Below, piece by piece: positions 6,728-15,201 of a stretch of DNA of 18,614 bases. The notes under the pieces were generated by a model. It worked only from the letters and a program-made list of their open reading frames with translations, was not told the DNA's origin and ran no database searches. How positions within the stretch are numbered: the stretch's first letter is position 1; every line of letters begins with the position of its first letter. The position numbers and the translations under genes are program-made. Origin of the DNA: Candidatus Thorarchaeota archaeon (GTDB lineage Archaea > Asgardarchaeota > Thorarchaeia > Thorarchaeales > Thorarchaeaceae); contig JBHLRQ010000062.1 in the NCBI GenBank assembly GCA_048882385.1, forward strand, positions 1 to 18,614, given 5' to 3'.

Positions 6728-7696
6728 ATGAACATGACAAGAGAAGGAGTTTTGAGAACACCTGAATCTCGTTTTGAGAATCTTGATGGATTTCCGTTCC
6801 AGCCAAACTATGTCGAGATTGATGGATTGAGGATACACTATGTGGATGAAGGTCCGAAAGATACGCAAACAGTTCTCCTTATGCATGGAGAACCTTCATG
6901 GAGCTATCTCTATCGAAAGATGATTCCACCCCTTGTTGAAGCAGGATTTAGGACAGTTGCTCCCGATCTATTAGGATTTGGTAAATCAGACAAATTCCCT
7001 CGGACCAAGGACTACTCATACCAACTTCAAGTAGATTTGATGCTGCAATTTGTCAAAAGTCTGAACCTGAGAGATGTCACACTGTTCTGTCAAGATTGGG
7101 GCGGTCTCATTGGTCTTCGTGTTGTTGGTAAAGACCCAGATCGGTTTTCACGAATCGTTGCAGCAAACACAGGACTACCCAGTGCAAAAGGCTTCAGGGC
7201 ACTAACAGGATACCCCCTCTTCAAATTTCAAATCAGACGGATAGGAACGATAACACAGGAAAAATTCCAAGCTGAACCAAACTTCATGAGATGGGTTGCA
7301 TACTCGAGAACAGTCAAGGAACTTCCAATCGGACCTCTCATCCAATCAGCAACAACGACCAATCTGTCCCCTGAGGTTGTGAGAGCATATGATGCGCCTT
7401 TTCCCGATGCAAGCTACAAGGCTGCAGCACGTATCTATCCATATCTGGTTTTATCTCAGTTATCTGAGAACCGGAGGGTTTGGGACAATGTGCTGACTAA
7501 ATGGGAGAAACCTTTCTTGACCGCATTCAGTGACCGTGATCCTATCACAAGAGGTGGTGAGAAGTACTTCCAGAAGATGATTCCTAGCGCCCAGAACAGA
7601 GAACATGTCACAATCAAAAATGCGGGGCACTTCTTACAGGAGGACAAAGGCGAGGAACTGGCTCAAGTCCTGATTGACTTCATGAATGGCAATTAG
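6728..7696 (+). CDS. Haloalkane dehalogenase (alpha/beta hydrolase, HLD-I/DhlA-DhmA-like)
   Basis: LRTPESRF, HGEPSWSYLYRKMIP, GFGKSDK, nucleophile QDWGG, FMRW, SDRDPIT, AGHFLQEDKGE. Confidence 0.92.
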   Translation: MNMTREGVLRTPESRFENLDGFPFQPNYVEIDGLRIHYVDEGPKDTQTVLLMHGEPSWSYLYRKMIPPLVEAGFRTVAPDLLGFGKSDKFPRTKDYSYQLQVDLMLQFVKSLNLRDVTLFCQDWGGLIGLRVVGKDPDRFSRIVAANTGLPSAKGFRALTGYPLFKFQIRRIGTITQEKFQAEPNFMRWVAYSRTVKELPIGPLIQSATTTNLSPEVVRAYDAPFPDASYKAAARIYPYLVLSQLSENRRVWDNVLTKWEKPFLTAFSDRDPITRGGEKYFQKMIPSAQNREHVTIKNAGHFLQEDKGEELAQVLIDFMNGN

Positions 7697-7700
7697 AGAT

Positions 7701-8228
7701 CTACCTTGCAGCACAATAAAGAATTGCAGCTGTAGATTCCAGTGGGCTCTCACCAATCCCTTCAGGTTCACAACGTGAGATAGCGAAATAATCAGCTGCA
7801 GAGCTCATGATTCCTTTTGGTCCTTCTAACTTGAGTTTCATGAGGAATGCAACAGCCCTAGCTGCTGCGCTGGTTTTTCCAATTGGTTTTCTCGTATCCT
7901 TGAAATGTTCAGCCACGAGTCTCTCGACAAATACAATTCGTTCCCAGAACGTGGAAACCTCCTGATGGAGCTTGAATGCGACGACATCCCCGAGTGAGTC
8001 AAAAACGAAAACACCACATGTGTTCTTTGGAATGCTACCTACAATCACCTTATGGGCATCTTCTGTCAGAGTGGTTCTGCTTAACCGACCTCCGAAGAGC
8101 AGGGTTTCTCCGATTTTGACGATTGGGACAATCACAATGCCTGGATATGACAATGGTTCCCCCAAGCCAATCACTTGACCCTTGAGAATTTCATCGGCAA
8201 CTGCCTGAACACATTCGTTCCCACTCAC
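7701..8228 (-). CDS. Hypothetical protein, possibly a shortened ARPP-1/DUF6569-like protein
   Basis: GTG start with GAGAGGAGA SD and an upstream BRE/TATA; LGEPLSYPGIVIVPI recalls the N-terminus of that family (recall only). Confidence 0.6.
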   Translation of the reverse strand: MSGNECVQAVADEILKGQVIGLGEPLSYPGIVIVPIVKIGETLLFGGRLSRTTLTEDAHKVIVGSIPKNTCGVFVFDSLGDVVAFKLHQEVSTFWERIVFVERLVAEHFKDTRKPIGKTSAAARAVAFLMKLKLEGPKGIMSSAADYFAISRCEPEGIGESPLESTAAILYCAAR

Positions 8229-8252
8229 GCTACATCTCCTCTCTCATCAAAT

Positions 8253-8303
8253 TGTAATTATATTACATATTACACTATTACACATCTGTTTATAAACTTT
8301 TCA
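8253..8303 (-). promoter_or_regulatory. BRE/TATA promoter with adjacent TATTACA repeat operator
   Basis: Minus strand GAAAAAGTTTATAAAC; plus strand TATTACA at 8261, 8268, 8276 and inverted TGTAAT at 8253. Confidence 0.6.
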
Positions 8304-8355
8304 ACTCTTGAAAAATTGTGCTGGGGAGGGTCTATGGGCGAAATGACAATGAAAT

Positions 8356-8994
8356 CTAGGGTTTTGGAATGATCACGTATACTCCCCCAAAATCTGAGAT
8401 TTGCTCATAGACAATGTCTAGACCCTTTCCCTCGATCATTGTCTTGAACTCATCAGCAGCCCAATAGTATTCATCATCATCCCAAGCACTAGCAAGTATT
8501 TTGCGGGCTTTTGCTCTAGCTGAGAAAGTTGGGAATGAGATGTCACCTACGATGATACATCCGTCTTCTCTTAGGAGTTCATCCACAATCCGTTTGATCA
8601 CTATAATCTTTCTTTCAAGAGTGAGGTGATGCAGTGTATACGCAGACACTATACGGTCAAACCCTATCTTGAGCTCTATAGGCCATTCAGATTCCACATC
8701 GATATGATACAGATGCGCACATGGTACCTTCTTTCCAGCCTTTTCAAGCATCTTTGATGAGTAATCTATCCCCCAAATCTCGCAATCAAAGTCAACAAAT
8801 CTCTTGGCCAGATTTCCAGTTCCGATACCTATGTCGAGAATCCGCAAACTTGGTTTCGGATCAGTGAGTTCGACAATTCTGTTCAAGACTTTCTCATAAC
8901 CCTGGAATGGAAAACTATCTGAACTGATCTTTATCCAATAGTCGTAGTTCTCAGCCCAAGCATCGAACAACTCAGGAGTTCTCTCAGGACACAT
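8356..8994 (-). CDS. Class I SAM-dependent methyltransferase
   Basis: FDAWAENYD, ILDIGIGTGNL, GIDYSSKML, FDRIVSAYTLHHL. Confidence 0.92.
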   Translation of the reverse strand: MCPERTPELFDAWAENYDYWIKISSDSFPFQGYEKVLNRIVELTDPKPSLRILDIGIGTGNLAKRFVDFDCEIWGIDYSSKMLEKAGKKVPCAHLYHIDVESEWPIELKIGFDRIVSAYTLHHLTLERKIIVIKRIVDELLREDGCIIVGDISFPTFSARAKARKILASAWDDDEYYWAADEFKTMIEGKGLDIVYEQISDFGGVYVIIPKP

Positions 8995-9106
8995 TTGGTT
9001 TTCCTCTCAGATTGTCTGAATTTGACGGATTTTCAATCTAGAGGTAGGCTTTTGTAGTTAATTGCAATAATATGAAACAACGCGTTGAACTGGAGGTTGT
9101 TAGACA

Positions 9107-9334
9107 GTGTCAGTTGTCGTTATTGTCCTCATTCAAGTTGAAGTTGGAAAAGCAGAAGCAGCGCAAAAACACATTGAAAAGATCGGTGAAGTCAAGAGCT
9201 GTTACATGGTAACAGGTCCTTACGATGTCATTGCATATGCAGAACTACCTGCAAAGAGCGGTTTTCGAAAACTGGTTGAATCAATTCACGATGCCCCTGG
9301 TGTCACGAGAACTGAAACCTGTATGGCTATCTGA
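9107..9334 (+). CDS. Stand-alone Lrp/AsnC ligand-binding (RAM) domain protein
   Basis: 75 aa, YMVTGPYDVIA and GVTRTET motifs, no HTH; GGAGGT SD. Confidence 0.9.
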   Translation: MSVVVIVLIQVEVGKAEAAQKHIEKIGEVKSCYMVTGPYDVIAYAELPAKSGFRKLVESIHDAPGVTRTETCMAI

Positions 9335-9341
9335 ACGGAAT

Positions 9342-10172
9342 TTAATCAGCAATATTGTACTGACCAGTATCTGTGCGTTTAACAAGTCCTTCAGCAATGA
9401 GCTGGTCAAGCACAGGACCAACATCCTTGCATTGGATGTCTTCCGAGTCTAGATAAGAGATGAGTTGGTTAAGATTCAGTGTATCTGAGTTTGATAGGAT
9501 GCGAATTATTCCTCCTCGAAGCTGTCTGGCTGACCCCTTGAACTGAGGTTGTTTTGATATCGGCTGGATACTTGTCAAGCTTGATGTTGAAACGAGTGAG
9601 CCATAGTCCATCAACGCATTGTGCCAGTCGCGAGACCTCCCTCTCAGAAGTAGGTCTTCAGCCACGTTTTGGAGTTGAGTGCTTGACATATCCTCATTAG
9701 CAAAACCAGAAGCTATGAACACTCGACGAATGTTTGTGTCAACTGCAGCAAGGTCTTCATTAAATGCAAAGATAAGTATTGATCTAGAAGTGTAGGGTCC
9801 AATGCCCTTGAGTTCTCTTAGTTCTTTAACGGTCTTTGGAAATGTCCCTCTATCGCTGATTTGTTTTGCAGCATCTCGGAGCCATAATGCCCGTCTGTTA
9901 TAGCCTAAACCACTCCAGACTTGGAGTAACTTCTTTGTGTCTGCAGTAGCCAGGTCTTCGACAGTCGGGAATTCTCGAAGAAACTCAATATACTTCGGTA
10001 TCACCCGATTGACCTGCGTCTGTTGTAACATTACTTCTGAAATTAGTACATTATACGGGCTATTGTCGCATCTCCAAGGCAAGTCACGCGCATTCTTCTC
10101 CCACCAATCCATGATTTTATCCTGGAATGCACTGATTTCATCGCTACTATATTTGGTACAATCAATGGACAT
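9342..10172 (-). CDS. mutY: MutY-like A/G-specific adenine glycosylase (HhH-GPD), lacking the Fe-S cluster motif
   Basis: RDLPWR, SEVMLQQTQV, WSGLGYNRRA, LKGIGPYT, VDTNIRRV, ALMDYGS; no Cys-x6-Cys-x2-Cys-x5-Cys. Confidence 0.85.
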   Translation of the reverse strand: MSIDCTKYSSDEISAFQDKIMDWWEKNARDLPWRCDNSPYNVLISEVMLQQTQVNRVIPKYIEFLREFPTVEDLATADTKKLLQVWSGLGYNRRALWLRDAAKQISDRGTFPKTVKELRELKGIGPYTSRSILIFAFNEDLAAVDTNIRRVFIASGFANEDMSSTQLQNVAEDLLLRGRSRDWHNALMDYGSLVSTSSLTSIQPISKQPQFKGSARQLRGGIIRILSNSDTLNLNQLISYLDSEDIQCKDVGPVLDQLIAEGLVKRTDTGQYNIAD

Positions 10173-10246
10173 TATAGGACCAATGACTGAGAAACTAATA
10201 ATTGTCTTTGTTTACTGGAAAAAACTCTCTCAGGAGCAGAAATCAT

Positions 10247-11539
10247 ATGCTTTCTAAAGATGGACATGACATTGATGACACGGACAACGCTGTTCCTTTT
10301 ACTTCTCGTCTGCTCGCACATTACCGTGCTGAAGAAACTAAACGAGATGCTCGACTCATTTCAGATCCATTTGCAGAACGACTTGCAGGCGATTTGAGTC
10401 CATACTTTGAGAAACATAAACGAACCAGTGGAACTGGTGATTATGCCATAGTCCGAACATTTCACATTGATGACAAGATTTTGAATCCATGGTGCAACAC
10501 TCACAAGGAATCACAGATTGTCATTCTTGGTGCTGGACTGGATACACGCGCATATCGTATCGCCCCTCTGCAGAAGAATAAGCACACTGTCTTTGAGATT
10601 GATTTCGAGGTCGTAAACAATTACAAGGAACAAATCCTCCAGAATGAAACTCCCTTCTGCAAGCTTGTAAGAATCTCTTCTGATCTCACTAAACCAGAGT
10701 GGATTTCTGATCTATTGGAAGGAAGCTTTTCGAAAAAGATACCAACTCTCTGGATATTAGAAGGTCTCACCTACTACTTGGAACAAGATGCAGTCATATC
10801 AATTCTTCAAATAGCATCCAAGAAAAGTGCCGAAGGAAGTCAGATCTTTGCAGATCTGTGTGTACCAGGACTTACGGAAGCGCGATTTGGTCCATTCATG
10901 ATGCATTTCAAGTGGGGGTTGAACGAGGATGAAGTCCCTTCATTCTTTGAAAAATCAGGCTGGAACGTTTCAAGCTCTTTTGCTGATGAACATGATCAAG
11001 GTCGTGATGTAGGGCAGAGAGGTCTCATGTTTGTTGAAGGAACTCCTGACCCAACAGGGATAGGCGTGTACTTACTTATCGAGGAACCGAGTGAAGAAGC
11101 TGTTCTCAAAATAACAGATCCGGAACTACAGAGGCGTGCTTTGACCTTTCTGAGAAAAATCAAACCAAAAATAGAATCCATTGTGTATATGTATCAAAAG
11201 GACCGTGATAATGGTTTGAATCACTACTATGATTTTGTCATAAGGGTGTCACCAAATGTCTTGGAAATCATACAGGGGTTCTCGAACATTGTTTCAGTAG
11301 GTCATATCTCTCCTAGATTACTGAAAGACCCACTAAAAGCAGAACTTAATTCCCCTGAAGAGGAAGAAGCACACATAGTGGGCTATCTGAAGGCAATCCT
11401 CTCTCTTGCCTATTGTGGGATCAAAGGCCTTGAAGGGGAACAATATTCAAACACTAAAGTAGAGAGTGAGAGCCAGAAGGTTCGAAAACTTTCTGAAATT
11501 CCCTCTCTGATCGAGCTCATTCACAAAGAAATTAGGTGA
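10247..11539 (+). CDS. SAM-dependent methyltransferase, leucine carboxyl methyltransferase (LCM)-like family, with ~150-aa C-terminal extension
   Basis: RAEE, DPFAERLAG, VRT, QIVILGAGLDTRAYR, FEID, WILEGLTYYL; ATG at 10247 follows AGGAG. Confidence 0.88.
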   Translation: MLSKDGHDIDDTDNAVPFTSRLLAHYRAEETKRDARLISDPFAERLAGDLSPYFEKHKRTSGTGDYAIVRTFHIDDKILNPWCNTHKESQIVILGAGLDTRAYRIAPLQKNKHTVFEIDFEVVNNYKEQILQNETPFCKLVRISSDLTKPEWISDLLEGSFSKKIPTLWILEGLTYYLEQDAVISILQIASKKSAEGSQIFADLCVPGLTEARFGPFMMHFKWGLNEDEVPSFFEKSGWNVSSSFADEHDQGRDVGQRGLMFVEGTPDPTGIGVYLLIEEPSEEAVLKITDPELQRRALTFLRKIKPKIESIVYMYQKDRDNGLNHYYDFVIRVSPNVLEIIQGFSNIVSVGHISPRLLKDPLKAELNSPEEEEAHIVGYLKAILSLAYCGIKGLEGEQYSNTKVESESQKVRKLSEIPSLIELIHKEIR

Positions 11540-11545
11540 ACCTGC

Positions 11546-11926
11546 ATGGGATGTATGAAGATCTATGTAGCAGGACCATACACTGGTTCAACGATAGAGG
11601 AGATTGAAGAGAATGTTCGGAGAGCTATTGAAGCTGGGCTCAAGATTTGGAAGAAGGGTCACTATCCTTACATTCCTCACCTCACACATTGGCCTGACCA
11701 ATATGCAAAAGAGCAGAACATCGCAATGGACTGGACCGATTACATGAGGTGGCATGCTCCTTGGGTTGATCACTGTGACGCGCTCTTTTTGCTTGCTGAA
11801 TCAAAGGGTGCCCTATTAGAATATGAACGGGCGAAACAAGAGGGCAAGCAGGTGTTTCATTCTCTTGATGAGATTCCCACAGTCAAGAGAGCTTCAACAT
11901 GGGCTGACCCTCATGTAGGTGAATGA
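11546..11926 (+). CDS. Nucleoside 2-deoxyribosyltransferase-like (DUF4406/DUF1937-like) protein
   Basis: KIYVAGPY, PYIPH, CDALF, ESKGALLE...A...GKQVF; AGGTGA SD overlaps the upstream stop. Confidence 0.75.
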   Translation: MGCMKIYVAGPYTGSTIEEIEENVRRAIEAGLKIWKKGHYPYIPHLTHWPDQYAKEQNIAMDWTDYMRWHAPWVDHCDALFLLAESKGALLEYERAKQEGKQVFHSLDEIPTVKRASTWADPHVGE

Positions 11927-11932
11927 AAAAAC

Positions 11933-11959
11933 GAGAGGAAGGGAGTGGAGCTTCCTCTC
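11933..11959. terminator. Hairpin between convergent genes
   Basis: GAGAGGAAG-GGAGTGGAG-CTTCCTCTC, 9-bp stem. Confidence 0.6.
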
Positions 11960-11971
11960 TTCTTGGATTGA

Positions 11972-13096
11972 TTAACGTCTTCTGATGAATACAACCAAGA
12001 CTACGATGACCACTCCTACACCCACTGTGACGAGAATAAATGGTCCCCAGTCCGGAGGAGGTGTAGTTGTTGGCTCTGAAAGCTCGAGTGACCAGGTATC
12101 ATTTAGAAGCTCGTCCCAATTTCCCGGTCCCATCCCTCCGTAAAGTACAGTAACATCAGATTCTATGTCATAGACAAGTGCACCTCGCTCACGAGCGCAA
12201 GGACATGTACTAACACTCGCATTGGACCACATATTACTGTTGTAATCATATGTCCAAGTTACATTGTTTACTTCATCTTCTTCATTTAACCCACCAAAGA
12301 GAACACAGAGATCCTTTTCCGAATCGTAAGCCATATGGGCTACTCCATCGTCCGGCTCAGTTTCAGGGTTCATATTCTCCCATGTGTTGGTGTTATAGTC
12401 ATACGCCCACGTGTCTCTGCTCGTAAAAGCTCCAGAGAAGAGTATGATTTTGTCACTTTCCGAATCATAGGCCATGACAGGATAGAAACGTGATGATGGT
12501 GCCACAGATGGACTCATTTCTTCCCAAGTGTTAGTATTGTAGTCATAAGCCCACGTATCTCCAATTGTGCCGCCCTCGTAGTGGATTCCCCCGAAGAGAA
12601 TGATTCTGTCTGATTCTGAGTCATAAGCCATACATCCATAACGACGCGGATCTGGCATCACTGACGGACTGAGTTCTGTCCATGTATTGGTGTCATAGTC
12701 ATAAGCCCAAGTATCATTAAAGTGGGTCTCCGTAGTGCCACCGATGGCTCCACTGAACAGGATGAACTTGTCTGACTCTGAGTCATATGCGTACTGACAT
12801 GCAAGTCTCGCTGATGGTGCGACTGATGGTGACTTGTTTGTCCATGTATCTGAATCATAGTCATATGCCCACGTGTCGTTGAACACAATTTGCGTGACCG
12901 GACCTGTCGTGCCTCCGAATAGGATGGCTACATCCGATTCACTGTCATAGACGAAACATAAGTCACATCTGGTTGGTGGTATAACGGTTGGACTCATCTC
13001 CGTCCAAGTTCCATCAACTACAGCAGCAACGGGTGTCTGCAACAATGTTACAATGAGCACTGCAAGCAGAACTGCTTGGATTGTTCTTTTCTTCAT
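11972..13096 (-). CDS. Secreted, C-terminally anchored Kelch-repeat beta-propeller protein
   Basis: Signal peptide MKKRTIQAVLLAVL; six YDSESD-LF(G/S)G-DTW.Y..W type repeats; PTTTPPPD-TM-IRRR. Confidence 0.88.
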   Translation of the reverse strand: MKKRTIQAVLLAVLIVTLLQTPVAAVVDGTWTEMSPTVIPPTRCDLCFVYDSESDVAILFGGTTGPVTQIVFNDTWAYDYDSDTWTNKSPSVAPSARLACQYAYDSESDKFILFSGAIGGTTETHFNDTWAYDYDTNTWTELSPSVMPDPRRYGCMAYDSESDRIILFGGIHYEGGTIGDTWAYDYNTNTWEEMSPSVAPSSRFYPVMAYDSESDKIILFSGAFTSRDTWAYDYNTNTWENMNPETEPDDGVAHMAYDSEKDLCVLFGGLNEEDEVNNVTWTYDYNSNMWSNASVSTCPCARERGALVYDIESDVTVLYGGMGPGNWDELLNDTWSLELSEPTTTPPPDWGPFILVTVGVGVVIVVLVVFIRRR

Positions 13097-13129
13097 TTTT
13101 CTAACTCCTAACCTCTATCTATCTCATCA

Positions 13130-14494
13130 TCAGGTCAAGAGCTCTCGAGTGATTGCTGCAGGCTGAACGTTTGCTCTTTGCTCAGTCACAAATGATATTT
13201 CACTTAGGCTGAGTGGAGCTTCAGAATTGACCATTCCTGTGATGACAAAATCACCATCATTGCATCCTGTCAACATGAAGCCTTTATGAGATTGAATAGC
13301 TGAGTATGCGACACTCCACAGTAAGAATCCGTCTTCGTTAGTTCGTCCTAACCATAGATCATTCTGATTCGGGTCATCTGAGGAAGCATCTTCACCAGCA
13401 ATGGCAAAACCGCCATCAGCACACTCAATCACGGAATATCCTCCATCATCATAAGTCAAGCCGTAGTTCTCATCCCAGAGGAAGTCTCCCTGTGCGTCTG
13501 TGCGAACCAGGTAGATATTACCTTCATTGTAGTCTCTCTGAGTTCCTATGATGGCAAATCCTCCATCATTGCATTCAATGACTGACCACCCACGTTCCCA
13601 TCCGAATCCCCCATAGGTCTTGTTCCACATGTGATTTCCATGTGAATCAGTACGAACGATCCATACATCGCACAGTCCTATTGCATAGCTTTCAGTGTAT
13701 CCGACGAGAAGAAAGCCACCCTCTTTGCATCTTATCAGAGAATTGGCCTCATCATCCAAATGTCCACCAAATGTTGTATCCCAGAGAAGTTCACCGACAT
13801 CGTTGGTGCGTATCAACCACATGTTGTTGTCTCTTGTGCCAGCAATAGCAAACCCTCCATCGTCACAAACAACTATTGACTTGCCACTTACTGAGGATGA
13901 AGTATCGCCTCCGAAAGTCATCATCCATCGCTCGTTTCCCCATGCATCAATCCCAACAAGTAGGACATCGCGCTCTCCTGAACCAAAGCTCTCTGTTTCA
14001 CCTACCGCTGCAAATCCGACGCGACATTCTGCGATGTCGTAACACTCCTCCCATCCGTCTTCTCCGAATGAACAATTCCATGCGAGATACCCCTTATCGT
14101 CTGTTCGTACAATCCACATGTCTGTATCACCGGAGACTGGGTCTTCAGTAGATCCACCTATGACAAAACCGTCATCTGTGCAAATTCGTACTGTATGCCC
14201 AACGTCACGGAGACCAACACCATATTCATAGTCCCACTGTGCATTGCCATTCTGATCCACTCTGATTAGGTACATGTTTTCACCAGGTTCTACAGCAGGT
14301 GGAGAAATAGTGATCCACAGAGGAAATATGGGTGGGGCAATAAGAACAAGGAAATTTGTCACTAACATCATTGATAGTCCGACACTCATGATACGGGAAA
14401 ATAGTCCTCCATGATCTCCTCTCTTCCTTGGAGTGGGAGGTATTGGACAGGCTTCTAGGCTTTTACCTACTCCTCCGTTGGATCTTTGACCCAT
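13130..14494 (-). CDS. N-terminally anchored acidic repeat protein, probable 7-bladed beta-propeller
   Basis: Seven ~50-aa repeats C.DGGF.I.G...W.VRTD..G...W; hydrophobic segment at about residues 36-63. Confidence 0.8.
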   Translation of the reverse strand: MGQRSNGGVGKSLEACPIPPTPRKRGDHGGLFSRIMSVGLSMMLVTNFLVLIAPPIFPLWITISPPAVEPGENMYLIRVDQNGNAQWDYEYGVGLRDVGHTVRICTDDGFVIGGSTEDPVSGDTDMWIVRTDDKGYLAWNCSFGEDGWEECYDIAECRVGFAAVGETESFGSGERDVLLVGIDAWGNERWMMTFGGDTSSSVSGKSIVVCDDGGFAIAGTRDNNMWLIRTNDVGELLWDTTFGGHLDDEANSLIRCKEGGFLLVGYTESYAIGLCDVWIVRTDSHGNHMWNKTYGGFGWERGWSVIECNDGGFAIIGTQRDYNEGNIYLVRTDAQGDFLWDENYGLTYDDGGYSVIECADGGFAIAGEDASSDDPNQNDLWLGRTNEDGFLLWSVAYSAIQSHKGFMLTGCNDGDFVITGMVNSEAPLSLSEISFVTEQRANVQPAAITRELLT

Positions 14495-14949
14495 TTCAAC
14501 CGCCTCATTATCGTATCGAACAGGTATACTGATAGATCAGTAGGAGGTCTGTCATCCGGGATGGGAATCTTCCATTCCTCGGCAAGTTGTTGAAGTGTGT
14601 CAGTGCATTGGTCAATCTGGTCGCACGTACCGCAATCACCTTGGTGAGCGAACCAGGTTTGTATACCAATCTTAGGTGAGTAGAGAATGTATGTATCTGT
14701 GTCATATGCTGGACAATAACCAACAGCAATGCCATAGTATGTGCTGATGTGGTCTATCTTGATTCGGTTTATCGATGCAGCGTGTCTCAGTAGTTTGTTT
14801 ATACGAGCTTCTGCTATTCTTTGAGCTTTACTGATAAAAGGTCGTGAGACGTTCAGCTCCTTTGCGATCTCAAAGGGACGCACCTTCTGCTTCCTCTTGA
14901 GCCAGATGACTCCCTGTTGAGTTGTAGGATATCGTAAAGATTTGAACAT
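14467..14949 (-). CDS. HTH-containing protein with an H-x3-C-x2-C-x5-C motif
   Basis: [21 protein letters not shown]; [14 protein letters not shown]; AGGAGGAG SD. Confidence 0.75.
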   Translation of the reverse strand: MFKSLRYPTTQQGVIWLKRKQKVRPFEIAKELNVSRPFISKAQRIAEARINKLLRHAASINRIKIDHISTYYGIAVGYCPAYDTDTYILYSPKIGIQTWFAHQGDCGTCDQIDQCTDTLQQLAEEWKIPIPDDRPPTDLSVYLFDTIMRRLKWVKDPTEE

Positions 14950-14974
14950 CAAACGCTCCTCCTGAGCACTCGAG

Positions 14975-15045
14975 AGTTAACCTGATTTAGGCAACTAATA
15001 TTAAACTTCCGTTTTACTAATAAATTAACCGGTTTTGGGTTAACT
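14975..15045. promoter_or_regulatory. Two TTAACC-N7-GGTTAA-type inverted repeats upstream of the HTH gene
   Basis: TTAACC-GGTTTTG-GGTTAA (15025-15043, perfect arms); AGTTAACC-TGATTTA-GGCAACT (14975-14996, imperfect). Confidence 0.5.
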
Positions 15046-15201
15046 GCCTGATTTTCTCTACTTAAAACTCCTTCTCACAATCCCAAATGCGAACAAGATT
15101 CAGTCTTGAAACCATTAATGAGTAATTCATTGTTAGCAAGAATAGCAAGAATTATCAAACAATCTTCGTGGATGCGCGCACTATCAACGGATTGATTCAG
15201 C

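Noticed and set aside
10202-10246. TTG start at 10202 for the LCM methyltransferase
   Set aside because: Leaves only 29 bp for divergent promoters; ATG 10247 has an AGGAG SD
12390-12880. Recurring ~20-bp motif (TAGTCATAxGCCCA) at ~150-bp spacing, superficially CRISPR-like
   Set aside because: Encodes the WAYDY motif of Kelch blades; varies at synonymous positions and the spacing is too long for spacers
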